64,000 nucleotides of DNA, taken from an uncultured bacterium. Its GTDB lineage: Bacteria > Omnitrophota > Omnitrophia > Omnitrophales > Aquincolibacteriaceae. This document shows positions 39,989 through 49,425 of the stretch, piece by piece. Made by a program: the position numbers and the translations under genes. The notes beneath the pieces were generated by a model that worked only from the letters and a program-made list of their open reading frames with translations, made no database searches and was not told where the DNA came from. Within the stretch, counting starts at the first letter, position 1, and every line of letters starts with the position of its first letter. The stretch spans positions 21,861 through 85,860 of the forward strand of contig CAYPIR010000001.1 of assembly GCA_964410905.1 (NCBI GenBank). Direction: 5' to 3'.

Positions 39989-41335
39989 TTAATCTCTCCG
40001 CTTTGTTAGAACATTGAGCGACTCGCCTTTGAAACCGTCTTCAAAAATTTCTGTCAAATGATACGGTATGATACACCCTTGAACATTTTCCTGACACTCA
40101 AAAAAAACTTTTAAAAAATTCGGAGTAAGACCAACCGCCCGTCCCGTTTTTTCATCAGGATATTCCGCCAATATGTCAAATGTCCGTCCTAAATATATGT
40201 TCCGTCTTGAAAGCGAAAACTCATCTCCCGCCTTTGATAACGCACGAACCCTATCGCGGACAATTTTTTTGTCGCATTCTCCCCAGCCGCTCGCCGCGGT
40301 ACCTTCGCGCGGGCTATATGGAAATACATGAGTTTTGAGCGGCTGCAGTTCTTTTAAAAGATTTAGCGTGTTTTGAAATTGTTCGTCAGTCTCAGACGGA
40401 AAACCGACAAGAGCGTCAACGCTAAACTCAAAATCCGCTACCCGCTCTTTCATCTCCAATACAACATCTCGATATTGTTCACGAGTGTATCGCCTGTTCA
40501 TTTTTTTTAAAATTTCATTATCGCCGCTTTGCAACGGCAAATGAATATGCGGACAAAGTTTTGGAACTTCGCAAAACGCGGCGCGCAACGGCTCGTCTAA
40601 ATCCGTTAGTTCTATGGAACTCAGCCTCACGCGTTTTATCTCGTTAAATTGAGCGCAGGCCTCTATTACGTCACGAAGAGACAAATTTTTTCCATCAAAA
40701 TCTTTTCCATAAGCGCCCAGCTGTATCCCCGTCAAAATAATTTCTTTATAACCCGAGTCTCGCAGCCGCTTTATCTCGTCCAAAATGTCAGGCAGCGGAC
40801 GGCTTCGGGACGCGCCTCGAACAATGGAAACCTTACAATAACTACACGCGTGATTGCAACCGTCTTGAATTTTCACATAAGCCCGCGTTTTTCCTTCGGA
40901 TTTCGAAACGGAAAGCGCGGGATAATTTTCATTGCCCATCGCGTTTTGCGGTTGATTGATGCCGCAAGAGTTTTCAATAAGTTCAAAAATCCGTTCTTTT
41001 TCATTGTTGGGAAAAATCAAATCAACTTCCGGCAAAGCGTCTATCTCCGCTCTGTTTTTTTCCACATAGCAACCGGTTACAGCAACTCTCGCTTCGGGAT
41101 GTTCACGCTTAAGTCTGCGAACCCAATACCTGTTTGTCCTGTCCGCGTCTTGCGTTACCGTGCAAGTGTTTATGACAACCAAGTCGCATTTTATTCCTTT
41201 TTGCCCTTCTATGTCTTTATAGCCGTGCCGTTCGAGAGCTTCGCGCATCGCTTGCGTTTCGTATTGGTTGACTTTGCATCCCAGAGTATAAAAGCGAACC
41301 GTTTTGGTAGGAATTTCTACATTATTAATAGACAT
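39989..41335 (-). CDS. mtaB: MiaB-family radical SAM methylthiotransferase (MtaB-like)
   Basis: The N-terminal UPF0004 cysteines (TLGCKVNQYE ... NTCTV), the radical SAM CNHACSYC motif and a C-terminal TRAM-like end are present. Confidence 0.8.
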   Translation of the reverse strand: MSINNVEIPTKTVRFYTLGCKVNQYETQAMREALERHGYKDIEGQKGIKCDLVVINTCTVTQDADRTNRYWVRRLKREHPEARVAVTGCYVEKNRAEIDALPEVDLIFPNNEKERIFELIENSCGINQPQNAMGNENYPALSVSKSEGKTRAYVKIQDGCNHACSYCKVSIVRGASRSRPLPDILDEIKRLRDSGYKEIILTGIQLGAYGKDFDGKNLSLRDVIEACAQFNEIKRVRLSSIELTDLDEPLRAAFCEVPKLCPHIHLPLQSGDNEILKKMNRRYTREQYRDVVLEMKERVADFEFSVDALVGFPSETDEQFQNTLNLLKELQPLKTHVFPYSPREGTAASGWGECDKKIVRDRVRALSKAGDEFSLSRRNIYLGRTFDILAEYPDEKTGRAVGLTPNFLKVFFECQENVQGCIIPYHLTEIFEDGFKGESLNVLTKRRD

Positions 41336-42147
41336 TATTTCGATTCCAAGACTCCATAAAATCTTAAGGCAGCGGCAACACCCACAAAAGCCGTGTCAGC
41401 CTTAAAAAGCACTTCGCCAAGTTTTACGATCCAAAAATTTTTTTCTCTTCTGTGCCATCTTGCCCATTTAATTTCATCTTCAGAAAAACCACCTTCCGGT
41501 CCAATAAAAATATTTAGCTTTTCAAATGACGCTTTATTGGATTCAAAAATTTTTATCCAGCCAGAAAATGGTATCGCGTCTTTCGCGGGATGAAAAATCA
41601 CAACCGCTTCATCTTCGCCTATAGCGGCGAGCACGTCTTTAAAACTTTGCGGGCCATTAATTTTGACAAGGTTTAGACAACCAGACTGTTTGCTTGCTTC
41701 ACACGCGATTCGATTCCAACGCTCAACAACTTTTTCCGTTTTCTCACGCGCGATTTGAACCTCACAGTGTTCCGAAACTATCGGAGAAAATTCAAAAACT
41801 CCCAACTCCTGCGATTTCTCCACAAGCAAATCCGTTTTCCCTTTGCGGAGCATTGTCGGAAACATTCTAAGCTTAACTCTGTCTCGAAACTCGCCCGTTT
41901 TTACTATGAGTCTTGTTATATGAAGTTTGGTTTTTCCATCGGGCAAGAATGACAAAATAACGGCCTCAACTTCCGCGCCCTTCCCATCAGTTACAAAACA
42001 CGCGTCGCCTTCTTTCAGCCGTATGGATTCCTGAACATGCTTGGTTTCCGCCTCATCAAGTAATAAAGTTTCCGTATTCGCCGACAAAGACTGCGTTGTA
42101 AAAAAGCGTCTCAGTTTTCTTGATTGTTTTTTATCATTACTATTCAC
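41335..42147 (-). CDS. rsmE: 16S rRNA (uracil1498-N3)-methyltransferase
   Basis: The RRFF N-terminus, a PUA-like region, and C-terminal GPEGGFS and LG..ILR-type motifs are present. Confidence 0.8.
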   Translation of the reverse strand: MNSNDKKQSRKLRRFFTTQSLSANTETLLLDEAETKHVQESIRLKEGDACFVTDGKGAEVEAVILSFLPDGKTKLHITRLIVKTGEFRDRVKLRMFPTMLRKGKTDLLVEKSQELGVFEFSPIVSEHCEVQIAREKTEKVVERWNRIACEASKQSGCLNLVKINGPQSFKDVLAAIGEDEAVVIFHPAKDAIPFSGWIKIFESNKASFEKLNIFIGPEGGFSEDEIKWARWHRREKNFWIVKLGEVLFKADTAFVGVAAALRFYGVLESK

Positions 42148-42171
42148 ATAGCACCTGAAAAATATCTATAT

Positions 42172-42206
42172 ACAAAAAAGACCCGCGAGCAAAAATCCCG
42201 CGGGTC
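42172..42206 (-). terminator. Rho-independent terminator after the cold-shock gene
   Basis: The minus strand reads GACCCGCG-ggatttttgct-CGCGGGTC followed by TTTTTTGT. Confidence 0.8.
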
Positions 42207-42239
42207 AAAAGAGAATCTAAAGGATTCAAAACACAAACA

Positions 42240-42497
42240 CTATTTCTTACCTTCTGGAGCCGCTCCGGCAGTCCCTTCTTCTTTGGGTTTCTTATACCTA
42301 ATTACATTTTTGGCCAATAAACCTTTTTCGCCTTGTTCGACATCGAACTCGACCTCTTCATCAGGATTTAAGCGTTTATAGCCTTCACCTTGAATCGCGG
42401 AATAATGAACAAAAATATCCTTATCCTCGCCTTCTTTGGTCAAAAAGCCGAAACCCTTTACATTAGAGAACCACTTAACTTTACCTTTTTCTGCCAT
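42240..42497 (-). CDS. Cold-shock domain protein (CspA family) with a short basic C-terminal tail
   Basis: [16 protein letters not shown] (RNP1) and FVHYSAI (RNP2) are present. The SD is TAAGGAGG. Confidence 0.9.
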   Translation of the reverse strand: MAEKGKVKWFSNVKGFGFLTKEGEDKDIFVHYSAIQGEGYKRLNPDEEVEFDVEQGEKGLLAKNVIRYKKPKEEGTAGAAPEGKK

Positions 42498-42569
42498 ACC
42501 GCCTCCTTAAAACTTCATTTATTTCTTTTTTGCATCGCAGACTATCCGGACGCAATGTAACAAACCCGC

Positions 42570-42842
42570 TCATTTCACTTTTATTTTTAAAACAAGTCCG
42601 GGTTTAAAAATTACAACTTTTTTCTCTGGAACGGCCACTTCCTCGCCAGTACGAGGGTTTCTGCCAAGACGGCCTCGGCGGCTTTTCACTTTAAAAACAC
42701 CAAAGTTACGAAGCTCAACCGTTTCGCCGCGCTGAAGACTTTCGGAAATAACATCAAGCGTTTTTTGAACAATCTTCTTAACATCAATTTGTGTTAAATT
42801 AGTTTCATTAGAAACTTTATTAACAATATCTTTTTTAGTCAA
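42570..42842 (-). CDS. hup: HU-family nucleoid protein
   Basis: FGVFKVKSRRGRLGRNPRTGEEVAVPEKKVVIFKPG is present. The start is TTG with GGGAG upstream. Confidence 0.9.
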   Translation of the reverse strand: MTKKDIVNKVSNETNLTQIDVKKIVQKTLDVISESLQRGETVELRNFGVFKVKSRRGRLGRNPRTGEEVAVPEKKVVIFKPGLVLKIKVK

Positions 42843-42895
42843 AACTTTATCTCCCTGAAATATGATTTACGAATAAAACCCATAAAAACTTGCGG

Positions 42896-42923
42896 ATTAT
42901 AACGCGGTATTATTATTTGTCAA
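42896..42923 (-). promoter_or_regulatory. Near-consensus sigma70 promoter for hup (TTGACA, 16-nt spacer, TATAAT)
   Basis: The minus strand reads TTGACA aataataataccgcgt TATAAT, about 55 nt upstream of the hup start. Confidence 0.7.
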
Positions 42924-43175
42924 GAGGGAAACATCCGTAACTTGCGTATTCATAACAAGTTAGGAATAACGGCCGAAAGATTGCGAGGCATTGCTGTCCT
43001 TGCGTATTGAACGCAAATGCGGGAAAAATTCCTTCTGTAGTCATTCTGTCCCAGTGCCCAATGTACTGGAACAGAATGACTTTGGAACTAAACCTGTCCA
43101 CGAATTAGTAGGCAAGCACAAGTATGACGAGATTGTAAAAGCCGATAAATCCCGCGTTTGCAGGCGGCGGGATAA

Positions 43176-46100
43176 TTACGTGCGGATTTTTATGGAATCC
43201 TCACCCGCAATTTTTTCGATTTCTTCAAAAAGTTCTTGCGACGGCGTAACACGCAGCTCTGGCCCCAGTGCCACAACTGTTCCTTCTCCTGACGGAGATT
43301 GAAATTTAATGTTAACGGAAACATTTCCTTTATATTTTTCTAAAACCGTTTTAATTTCTTTCAAGCTTTCTTCAGTAAGTCCCGCGGTAGAAAGTTTGAT
43401 TAAAACACCGACTGTGAATTTTTTCGCTATGTCTTCCAAAGAAACAATTTCGTCCGCTAGAACTTTAACGGCATCTTCTTTCGCGTCCGCTTTCCCTTTT
43501 ACAAAAATCATTTTGTCTTTATTAAGCAATATTAACGATTTTTTATAAACCGACGGAAAAACCACAACTTCGCATGTCCCGCTCAAATCCTGCAAATTCA
43601 AAAAAGCCATTTTGTCGCCTTTTTTTGTCAGAATTTCACGCGACGAATCTACAATCCCTCCTATAAAAATTTCTGCGTCCTGTCCAAACTCTGATAAATT
43701 TGCGGTTGTCGCGTTCGCGTAGTTTTTAAGAATTTTTTCGTGACGGGAAAGCGGATGCGATGAAACATAAAATCCGAGCAGCTCGCGCTCAAAGGCTAAT
43801 TTTTGATTTTCTTGCCATTCAGGAATATCCGGCGCTTTGTTTTCATCTTGTTGAAACGCGGCGTCTCCATTATCAAAAAACGACGCTTGCCCTAAGTTTC
43901 TGTCCTTTTGCAAATTAGAACCTATCTGAAGAGCTGTGTCGAGCATCGCGAAAAGCTGCGAGCGAAAAAATCCCCAGTTGTCAAATGAACCGCTTTTAAC
44001 TAAACTTTCAAGTACGCGGTGATTACAAGTTCTAAGGTCAATTCTCTGAACAAAATCAAGCAACGACTTAAACAGTCCATCTTTTTTGCGCGCCGCGACA
44101 ATTGAGTCTATCGCCGTTTGTCCTACGTTTTTAATGGCGGCAAGTCCAAACCTAATAGCATTGTCCGAACAAGTGAAGTCAGCATAACTTTCGTTAATGT
44201 CAGGTGGAAGGACTTTAATCCCCATCCGTTTTGCGGCTTCAATATACTGAACGACTTTGTCCGTGTTATTCCGTTCAGATGTGAGAAGCGCGGTCATAAA
44301 CTCTACGGGGTAATGAGCCTTTAAATATGCGGTTTGATATGTAACCACCGCGTACGCTGTAGAATGCGATTTGTTAAATCCGTAACCGGCAAACTTCACA
44401 ATATCCGTCCAAATTTTTTCCGCTGTTTTCTTAGGAACTTTATTTTGGACAGCTCCGTTAACAAACGCGTCTTGTTCTTTTTCCATTACCTCAACAATTT
44501 TCTTTCCCATAGCACGCCTAAGCGAATCGGCTTTGGCTAGCGTAAAACCGGATAAGTCGCGCGCTATTCTCATCACCTGCTCTTGATAGAGAATTACGCC
44601 GTAAGTTTCTTTTAAACTTAATTCAAGCAGCGGATGGTCATACTTAATTTGTCCGGGATTGCGCATTCTTATGACAAAATCATCTACCATTCCCGTCTCA
44701 CGCGGTCCGGGACGATAAAGCGCCAAAAGCGCGACCAGATGCTCAAATTGATTCGGACGCATTTTTTTAAGCAAATCGCGCATCCCCGAACTTTCTAGCT
44801 GGAACACGCCGAACGAATCTCCGCGCGAAAGCATTTCATAAGTTTTCGTGTCGCCCTCAGGGAGATTTAAAATATCAATCTTTTTCCCATACCGAGCATC
44901 GATCATTTTTACAGTATCATCTATCACCGTTAAAGTCTTAAGTCCCAAAAAATCCATTTTGAGCAGCCCGATTTTTTCTAGGTCTTTCATCGTATACTGC
45001 GTGCAAAATTGGTTGTCCGGTGTTTTGTAAAGCGGCGCGCGGTCAGTAATCGGAACGTCTGAAATAACAACTCCCGCCGCGTGGACAGACGCGTGGCGGG
45101 AAAGACCTTCTATCGCTTGCGAGGTTTTTAAAAGTTGATTGATTCGGACATCTTCGTTTACTAATTTTTGCAGCTCGGGCTCTTGCACCAGCGCTCTTTC
45201 TAGTGTTATTTTTAGTTCAGTCGGAATAAGTTTCGCTATACGGTCAACCTCGCTGAACTCAAGCCCCATCACGCGTCCGACATCGCGTATGGCAGCCCTT
45301 GCCGCCATTGTTCCGAATGTGATAATTTGAGCTACATTATCCACGCCATATTTTTTCTTAACGTATTCGATGACTTCCTCTCGTCTGACATAGCAAAAAT
45401 CAATATCAATATCAGGCATGCTTACGCGTTCGGGATTAAGAAACCGCTCAAAGTAGAGGTGATAACGGATTGGATCAATTTCCGTGATATGAAGCGAATA
45501 TGCCACGAGGCTTCCGGCAGCCGAACCGCGTCCTGGTCCAACGGGAATGTTTTTTTCTTTGGCGAATCGAATAAAATCCCACACGATCAAAAAGTAACTT
45601 ATGAATCCCATATTGGTGATTAGGTCCAGTTCCAAGCGCAGTCTTTTATCGTATTCTTCCGGGATGTTTCCGCCGAAACGCTCGCGGAGAAGTTTGTAGC
45701 AAAGATCGTCAAAATAATCTTTAAGAGTCTTTCCGTCTGGCGCGGGAAACTTGGGCAGATGATTTTTGTTAAACTCCAAGAGCAGATTACATTTGTTTGC
45801 TATTTCGACTGTGTTTTGAATCGCCTTGGGATATTGCGAAAAAAGTGCCTTCATTTCATCTGCGGATTTCAAATAATACTGGCTTCCTTGATACCGCAAA
45901 CGATTTGTTTCTTCAAGTTTCGCTCCTGCCCCGATACAAATAAGCGCATCATGAGCAGTTGCCTCAGTTTGATAAATATAATGCGTGTCATTGGTGGCAA
46001 CCAATTCGAGTCCAAGTTCTTCACCAAGTTTTACCGAACCTTCTGTAACTTTTTTTTGCGGGTCAAGGCCATGATCCATAATTTCTAAATAGAACCTTTC

Positions 46101-46613
46101 TTTGCCAAAAATTTCTATATATTCCTGAGCGACCTTGCGGGCTTCTTGGTATCTATCGTGATAAAGATGATATGGGATCTCTCCTTTCAAGCCTCCGGAG
46201 AGCGCAATTATTCCCTGCGAGTATTGCTTAAGGCAATCTTTGTCAACGCGAGGACGATAATAAAACCCTTCGGTAAATCCAATGCTTGTGAGTTTTATAA
46301 GGTTGTGATAACCCTCTTCATTCATCGTAAGAAGCGTGAGATGAAATGAGGCTTCTTTTATGCCGTGGGCCTGTTTTTCAAACCGTGAGCCGGGGGACAC
46401 ATACGCGCTAATGCCGATAATAGGCTTTACGCCTTCTTTCATAGCCGCGTTATAAAACTGTATCGCGCCGAAAAGATTTCCGTTGTCAGTCATCGCGAGC
46501 GCCGGGAAACGAAGTTCCTTGGCGCGCTTGACAAGATTTGAAATCTTACAAGTCGCGTCAAGCAAACTATATTCCGTATGACAATGTAGCGGGACAAAAT
46601 TGCTATGCGGCAT
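43176..46613 (-). CDS. dnaE: DNA polymerase III alpha subunit
   Basis: The PHP domain (FVPLHCHTEYSLLDA), the Pol IIIa core and an OB fold are present. Length is 1145 aa. Confidence 0.97.
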   Translation of the reverse strand: MPHSNFVPLHCHTEYSLLDATCKISNLVKRAKELRFPALAMTDNGNLFGAIQFYNAAMKEGVKPIIGISAYVSPGSRFEKQAHGIKEASFHLTLLTMNEEGYHNLIKLTSIGFTEGFYYRPRVDKDCLKQYSQGIIALSGGLKGEIPYHLYHDRYQEARKVAQEYIEIFGKERFYLEIMDHGLDPQKKVTEGSVKLGEELGLELVATNDTHYIYQTEATAHDALICIGAGAKLEETNRLRYQGSQYYLKSADEMKALFSQYPKAIQNTVEIANKCNLLLEFNKNHLPKFPAPDGKTLKDYFDDLCYKLLRERFGGNIPEEYDKRLRLELDLITNMGFISYFLIVWDFIRFAKEKNIPVGPGRGSAAGSLVAYSLHITEIDPIRYHLYFERFLNPERVSMPDIDIDFCYVRREEVIEYVKKKYGVDNVAQIITFGTMAARAAIRDVGRVMGLEFSEVDRIAKLIPTELKITLERALVQEPELQKLVNEDVRINQLLKTSQAIEGLSRHASVHAAGVVISDVPITDRAPLYKTPDNQFCTQYTMKDLEKIGLLKMDFLGLKTLTVIDDTVKMIDARYGKKIDILNLPEGDTKTYEMLSRGDSFGVFQLESSGMRDLLKKMRPNQFEHLVALLALYRPGPRETGMVDDFVIRMRNPGQIKYDHPLLELSLKETYGVILYQEQVMRIARDLSGFTLAKADSLRRAMGKKIVEVMEKEQDAFVNGAVQNKVPKKTAEKIWTDIVKFAGYGFNKSHSTAYAVVTYQTAYLKAHYPVEFMTALLTSERNNTDKVVQYIEAAKRMGIKVLPPDINESYADFTCSDNAIRFGLAAIKNVGQTAIDSIVAARKKDGLFKSLLDFVQRIDLRTCNHRVLESLVKSGSFDNWGFFRSQLFAMLDTALQIGSNLQKDRNLGQASFFDNGDAAFQQDENKAPDIPEWQENQKLAFERELLGFYVSSHPLSRHEKILKNYANATTANLSEFGQDAEIFIGGIVDSSREILTKKGDKMAFLNLQDLSGTCEVVVFPSVYKKSLILLNKDKMIFVKGKADAKEDAVKVLADEIVSLEDIAKKFTVGVLIKLSTAGLTEESLKEIKTVLEKYKGNVSVNIKFQSPSGEGTVVALGPELRVTPSQELFEEIEKIAGEDSIKIRT

Positions 46614-46698
46614 TTAGATATTTGGACCTTTGGTTATAAGCAGATTGTCAAATTGAAAAAATTTTTATCGTATTTTTTACTTTTCATGCTTTTGCAGA

Positions 46699-47436
46699 CT
46701 ACTTCCTAAACACAAATAGATATTCGTGCGCCAGCAGCAAGAAATTGTGTTTAATGCTGTTGGTCTTCCAAAATCCTGTTGCTTTGCAATTATGCTGTTC
46801 TTTGATAATAATCTCCTTTGTGATAAACCCTGCTTTTTCAAATATCTTCATCACCCCAAAACTCATTGGAACAACACAACCCTTTTTTCTAGTGTCGCCC
46901 ATGAGTATGGCGCAGAATTTACCTTTCTTCAAAACACGATAGCATTCAGACGCGACAGATTTCATGGCTTCTAAAAAATCCTTGACGTCCAAAAGCGAAA
47001 GATCACCGTCAATATTCTCGCTGTAATGAATGATGTCGGCATAAGGCGGATGCGTGCAGATCAAGTCTATGCTCTCGTCTGAAATAAAACTAAGGTTTTC
47101 TGCTGTCCCCTTATGCAGAGTAACTTTCCCAGCATTAGGATATTCAAAATCGAGCTTTGCTCGACAGCGATTCAATGCATCCGGGTTTACGTCCACTCCA
47201 ATAATATTGCGATTCAGCAGTTTTGCTTCTACCAGCGTCGTTCCACCTCCGGCAAATTGATCAAGCACCAAATCGCCTTCTCTGGAATAACGCAGCAGGA
47301 TATTGCGCGGAATATACGGCGACCAATTTCCACGCCATTTGGCATCATGTGTCGCCCAATTACCGCGTTCAGGGAAACTCCAAACGGTGTTTGTTTCCAA
47401 CTCAAAATTCTCCGGCGCCCATTTCTTAATTGTCAT
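46699..47436 (-). CDS. DNA methyltransferase (N6-adenine/N4-cytosine type), second MTase of the GATC cassette
   Basis: The AdoMet motif VLDQFAGGGTT comes before the catalytic CTHPPYADI. It has a 4-nt overlap with the upstream REase gene. Confidence 0.75.
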   Translation of the reverse strand: MTIKKWAPENFELETNTVWSFPERGNWATHDAKWRGNWSPYIPRNILLRYSREGDLVLDQFAGGGTTLVEAKLLNRNIIGVDVNPDALNRCRAKLDFEYPNAGKVTLHKGTAENLSFISDESIDLICTHPPYADIIHYSENIDGDLSLLDVKDFLEAMKSVASECYRVLKKGKFCAILMGDTRKKGCVVPMSFGVMKIFEKAGFITKEIIIKEQHNCKATGFWKTNSIKHNFLLLAHEYLFVFRK

Positions 47437-48290
47437 TGAAATACTCTACCCATCACACCGTCCTCTAAATCTGAAATGCTGTATATATGCTCCATAACGT
47501 CAAAAGTTTCCTCGAGATTGTTGCGTGCGGAAATCCATCCCTTGCCGTCGGTGAGCCACACAAAAACAAATCCATTTATACTCTTCGCCTCTTGTGCAAT
47601 ATTCTTATAGCTCCGCGCTGTTTCATTCAGTTTAGAGCCGCCACCTGCGTAGAAATTCGTTTCAATCGCATAAATGATTTGCCCCACCTTGACGACAAAA
47701 TCGAAACGCTTCGTCACCTTACCATCATTACTGAGTGCCGACAGGTCAAGCCCCCATTTGCTCTCAATATCAGCGATTCTCATTTCTTTGAAATATGTTA
47801 CATCGCGTTGGAGACCTGCCTTGCAAAGATAGTTCTCGACAAGATTTTCCATAAGATGACCGCCGCGATTCTTTCGCCCGTTGCTGTTAAGTCCCGTCTC
47901 TACGCCCGTAACATAATCAACAAGGTTATGAACGATATGCTTTTCCATCAGATCGAACAGCCCCGTTTTCCTCATAAACACCCTATACTGAGCAGCCGTC
48001 TGATTGGGATTTGTGAATTTGTAGGAGAATTCTCCGTCTTCATCTATGGCGTATATTTCGCTTGTTCTAACTGCAAGCAAGAGAGGAATGCATTTCAGGG
48101 TATCAGGATATTTCGTAACCAACGCATCAAATTCTGATTCGATGTCCACTGACCCAATCAGTGAGTTCAAAATATTCAGTTCAACTTTTATCTCATTCAC
48201 ATTGCGGTGAACCTTTTCAAAATCAATGTAATATGCGTAGTCGCTAATACTCTCGCGGAAGTGCGAAAACCATTCAGTGAAATTCCTCAC
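47433..48290 (-). CDS. Type II restriction endonuclease, DpnII/MboI family (GATC)
   Basis: LVDYVTGVETGLNSNGRKNRGGHLMENLV ... KRFDFVVK ... NFYAGGGSKLNETARSYK closely match my recollection of R.DpnII. Confidence 0.8.
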   Translation of the reverse strand: MRNFTEWFSHFRESISDYAYYIDFEKVHRNVNEIKVELNILNSLIGSVDIESEFDALVTKYPDTLKCIPLLLAVRTSEIYAIDEDGEFSYKFTNPNQTAAQYRVFMRKTGLFDLMEKHIVHNLVDYVTGVETGLNSNGRKNRGGHLMENLVENYLCKAGLQRDVTYFKEMRIADIESKWGLDLSALSNDGKVTKRFDFVVKVGQIIYAIETNFYAGGGSKLNETARSYKNIAQEAKSINGFVFVWLTDGKGWISARNNLEETFDVMEHIYSISDLEDGVMGRVFQ

Positions 48291-49369
48291 ACACTAGCTC
48301 CTCCATAGTTTGAAATGAGTAATTCGCTTACATGCCCACGCTTCTCGCCAACCGAATTGATAGCACGGCTTGCTGAGATTCTGGCTATAGATAGCGATTT
48401 GTATAGTTCATCAAAAAAGTTGTCGCTTTCGTTAGTGTTCTTAGGATCGGAATTGCTTGCGACAACATATGCGCCCTTACGGCTAAGTTCCTTGATAAAT
48501 CGAGCAAGTTCTTTTTGCTTTTTATCGTCAAATCCACCTTGTGCATATGCTGTAAAACTCGCCGTCTCAGAGAGCGGACGATACGGAGGATCAAAATAAA
48601 CGAAGGTATTCTTATCTATAAATTCTCTCGATTCCTTATAGTCGCCGCAGACAATATCAACATTCTGCAACCGCTCAGAAACCGCGGATAAATTACCCTC
48701 ATCGCAAATAGTCGGTTTTTTATAACTCCCCATTGGGACATTGAATCCACCCTTGCTATTCACACGATACAAACCATTGAAGCAAGTTCTGTTAAGGAAA
48801 ATGAATAACGCTGCAAGTTCTACGGAATCACTTTCCTTGACTTTAAGCGCATTAAAACGGTTTCTGTTCTCATAATAAATGGCACTCCGTTTACTATCAC
48901 TGGCAGCCAAGTATTGAGTTTCAAAAGTTCCAAGAAGTTTGAGTAAATTATCAATGCGATCACGAATAATGATATAGGTGTGAATAAGCTCTCTATTGAT
49001 GTCGCTAATATAAACTTTAGCTAATTTATATTTGCTCAACACATCAAAAAGCACCGCGCCGCCGCCGACAAATGGCTCCGCATATTTTGTAATTGTTTCC
49101 CCTAATCCGACAGGATATTTTTCACGAATTTCACTGAGAATCTGCGATTTCCCTCCTGCCCATTTTAGAAAAGGTTTTACCGTCGAGTCTTCAAGCGGCT
49201 GAAAACGCAATCTTCTTGCGTCCTCTGGCTTCGACGCAGATTTTGGAATTACCCACATATTACCAAGTATTTCGGCACCACCAATTCTGTTCTCTGAACA
49301 CAAAACAGCGACTCGTCTTTGTGAGATACCCCACTGTTCTGATGCCTCTTTGGCAGTCATAAAATCCAT
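48287..49369 (-). CDS. Dam-family N6-adenine DNA methyltransferase (GATC) with N-terminal HTH domain
   Basis: The first ~55 aa are HTH-like (MTAKEASEQWGISQRRVAVLCSENRI). They are followed by FLKWAGGKSQIL (Dam motif) and FVYFDPPYRPL. Confidence 0.85.
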   Translation of the reverse strand: MDFMTAKEASEQWGISQRRVAVLCSENRIGGAEILGNMWVIPKSASKPEDARRLRFQPLEDSTVKPFLKWAGGKSQILSEIREKYPVGLGETITKYAEPFVGGGAVLFDVLSKYKLAKVYISDINRELIHTYIIIRDRIDNLLKLLGTFETQYLAASDSKRSAIYYENRNRFNALKVKESDSVELAALFIFLNRTCFNGLYRVNSKGGFNVPMGSYKKPTICDEGNLSAVSERLQNVDIVCGDYKESREFIDKNTFVYFDPPYRPLSETASFTAYAQGGFDDKKQKELARFIKELSRKGAYVVASNSDPKNTNESDNFFDELYKSLSIARISASRAINSVGEKRGHVSELLISNYGGASV

Positions 49370-49396
49370 TCGTACCCCTCCTCAGAATCTTGTATT

Positions 49397-49425
49397 ATTA
49401 TATTCGCGTTTAAGAATGATATCAA
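49397..49425 (-). promoter_or_regulatory. Promoter of the GATC R-M cassette (TTGATA, 17-nt spacer, TATAAT)
   Basis: The minus strand reads TTGATA tcattcttaaacgcgaa TATAAT, then GAGGAGGGGTACGA-ATG. It begins directly after the guaA stop. Confidence 0.65.

Noticed and set aside
40649-41359. 236-aa plus-strand ORF
   Set aside because: It is antisense to the radical SAM methylthiotransferase gene, whose motifs (CNHACSYC etc.) are unambiguous on the minus strand.
47487-48137. 216-aa plus-strand ORF
   Set aside because: It is antisense to the DpnII/MboI-family endonuclease gene. It is a shadow ORF.
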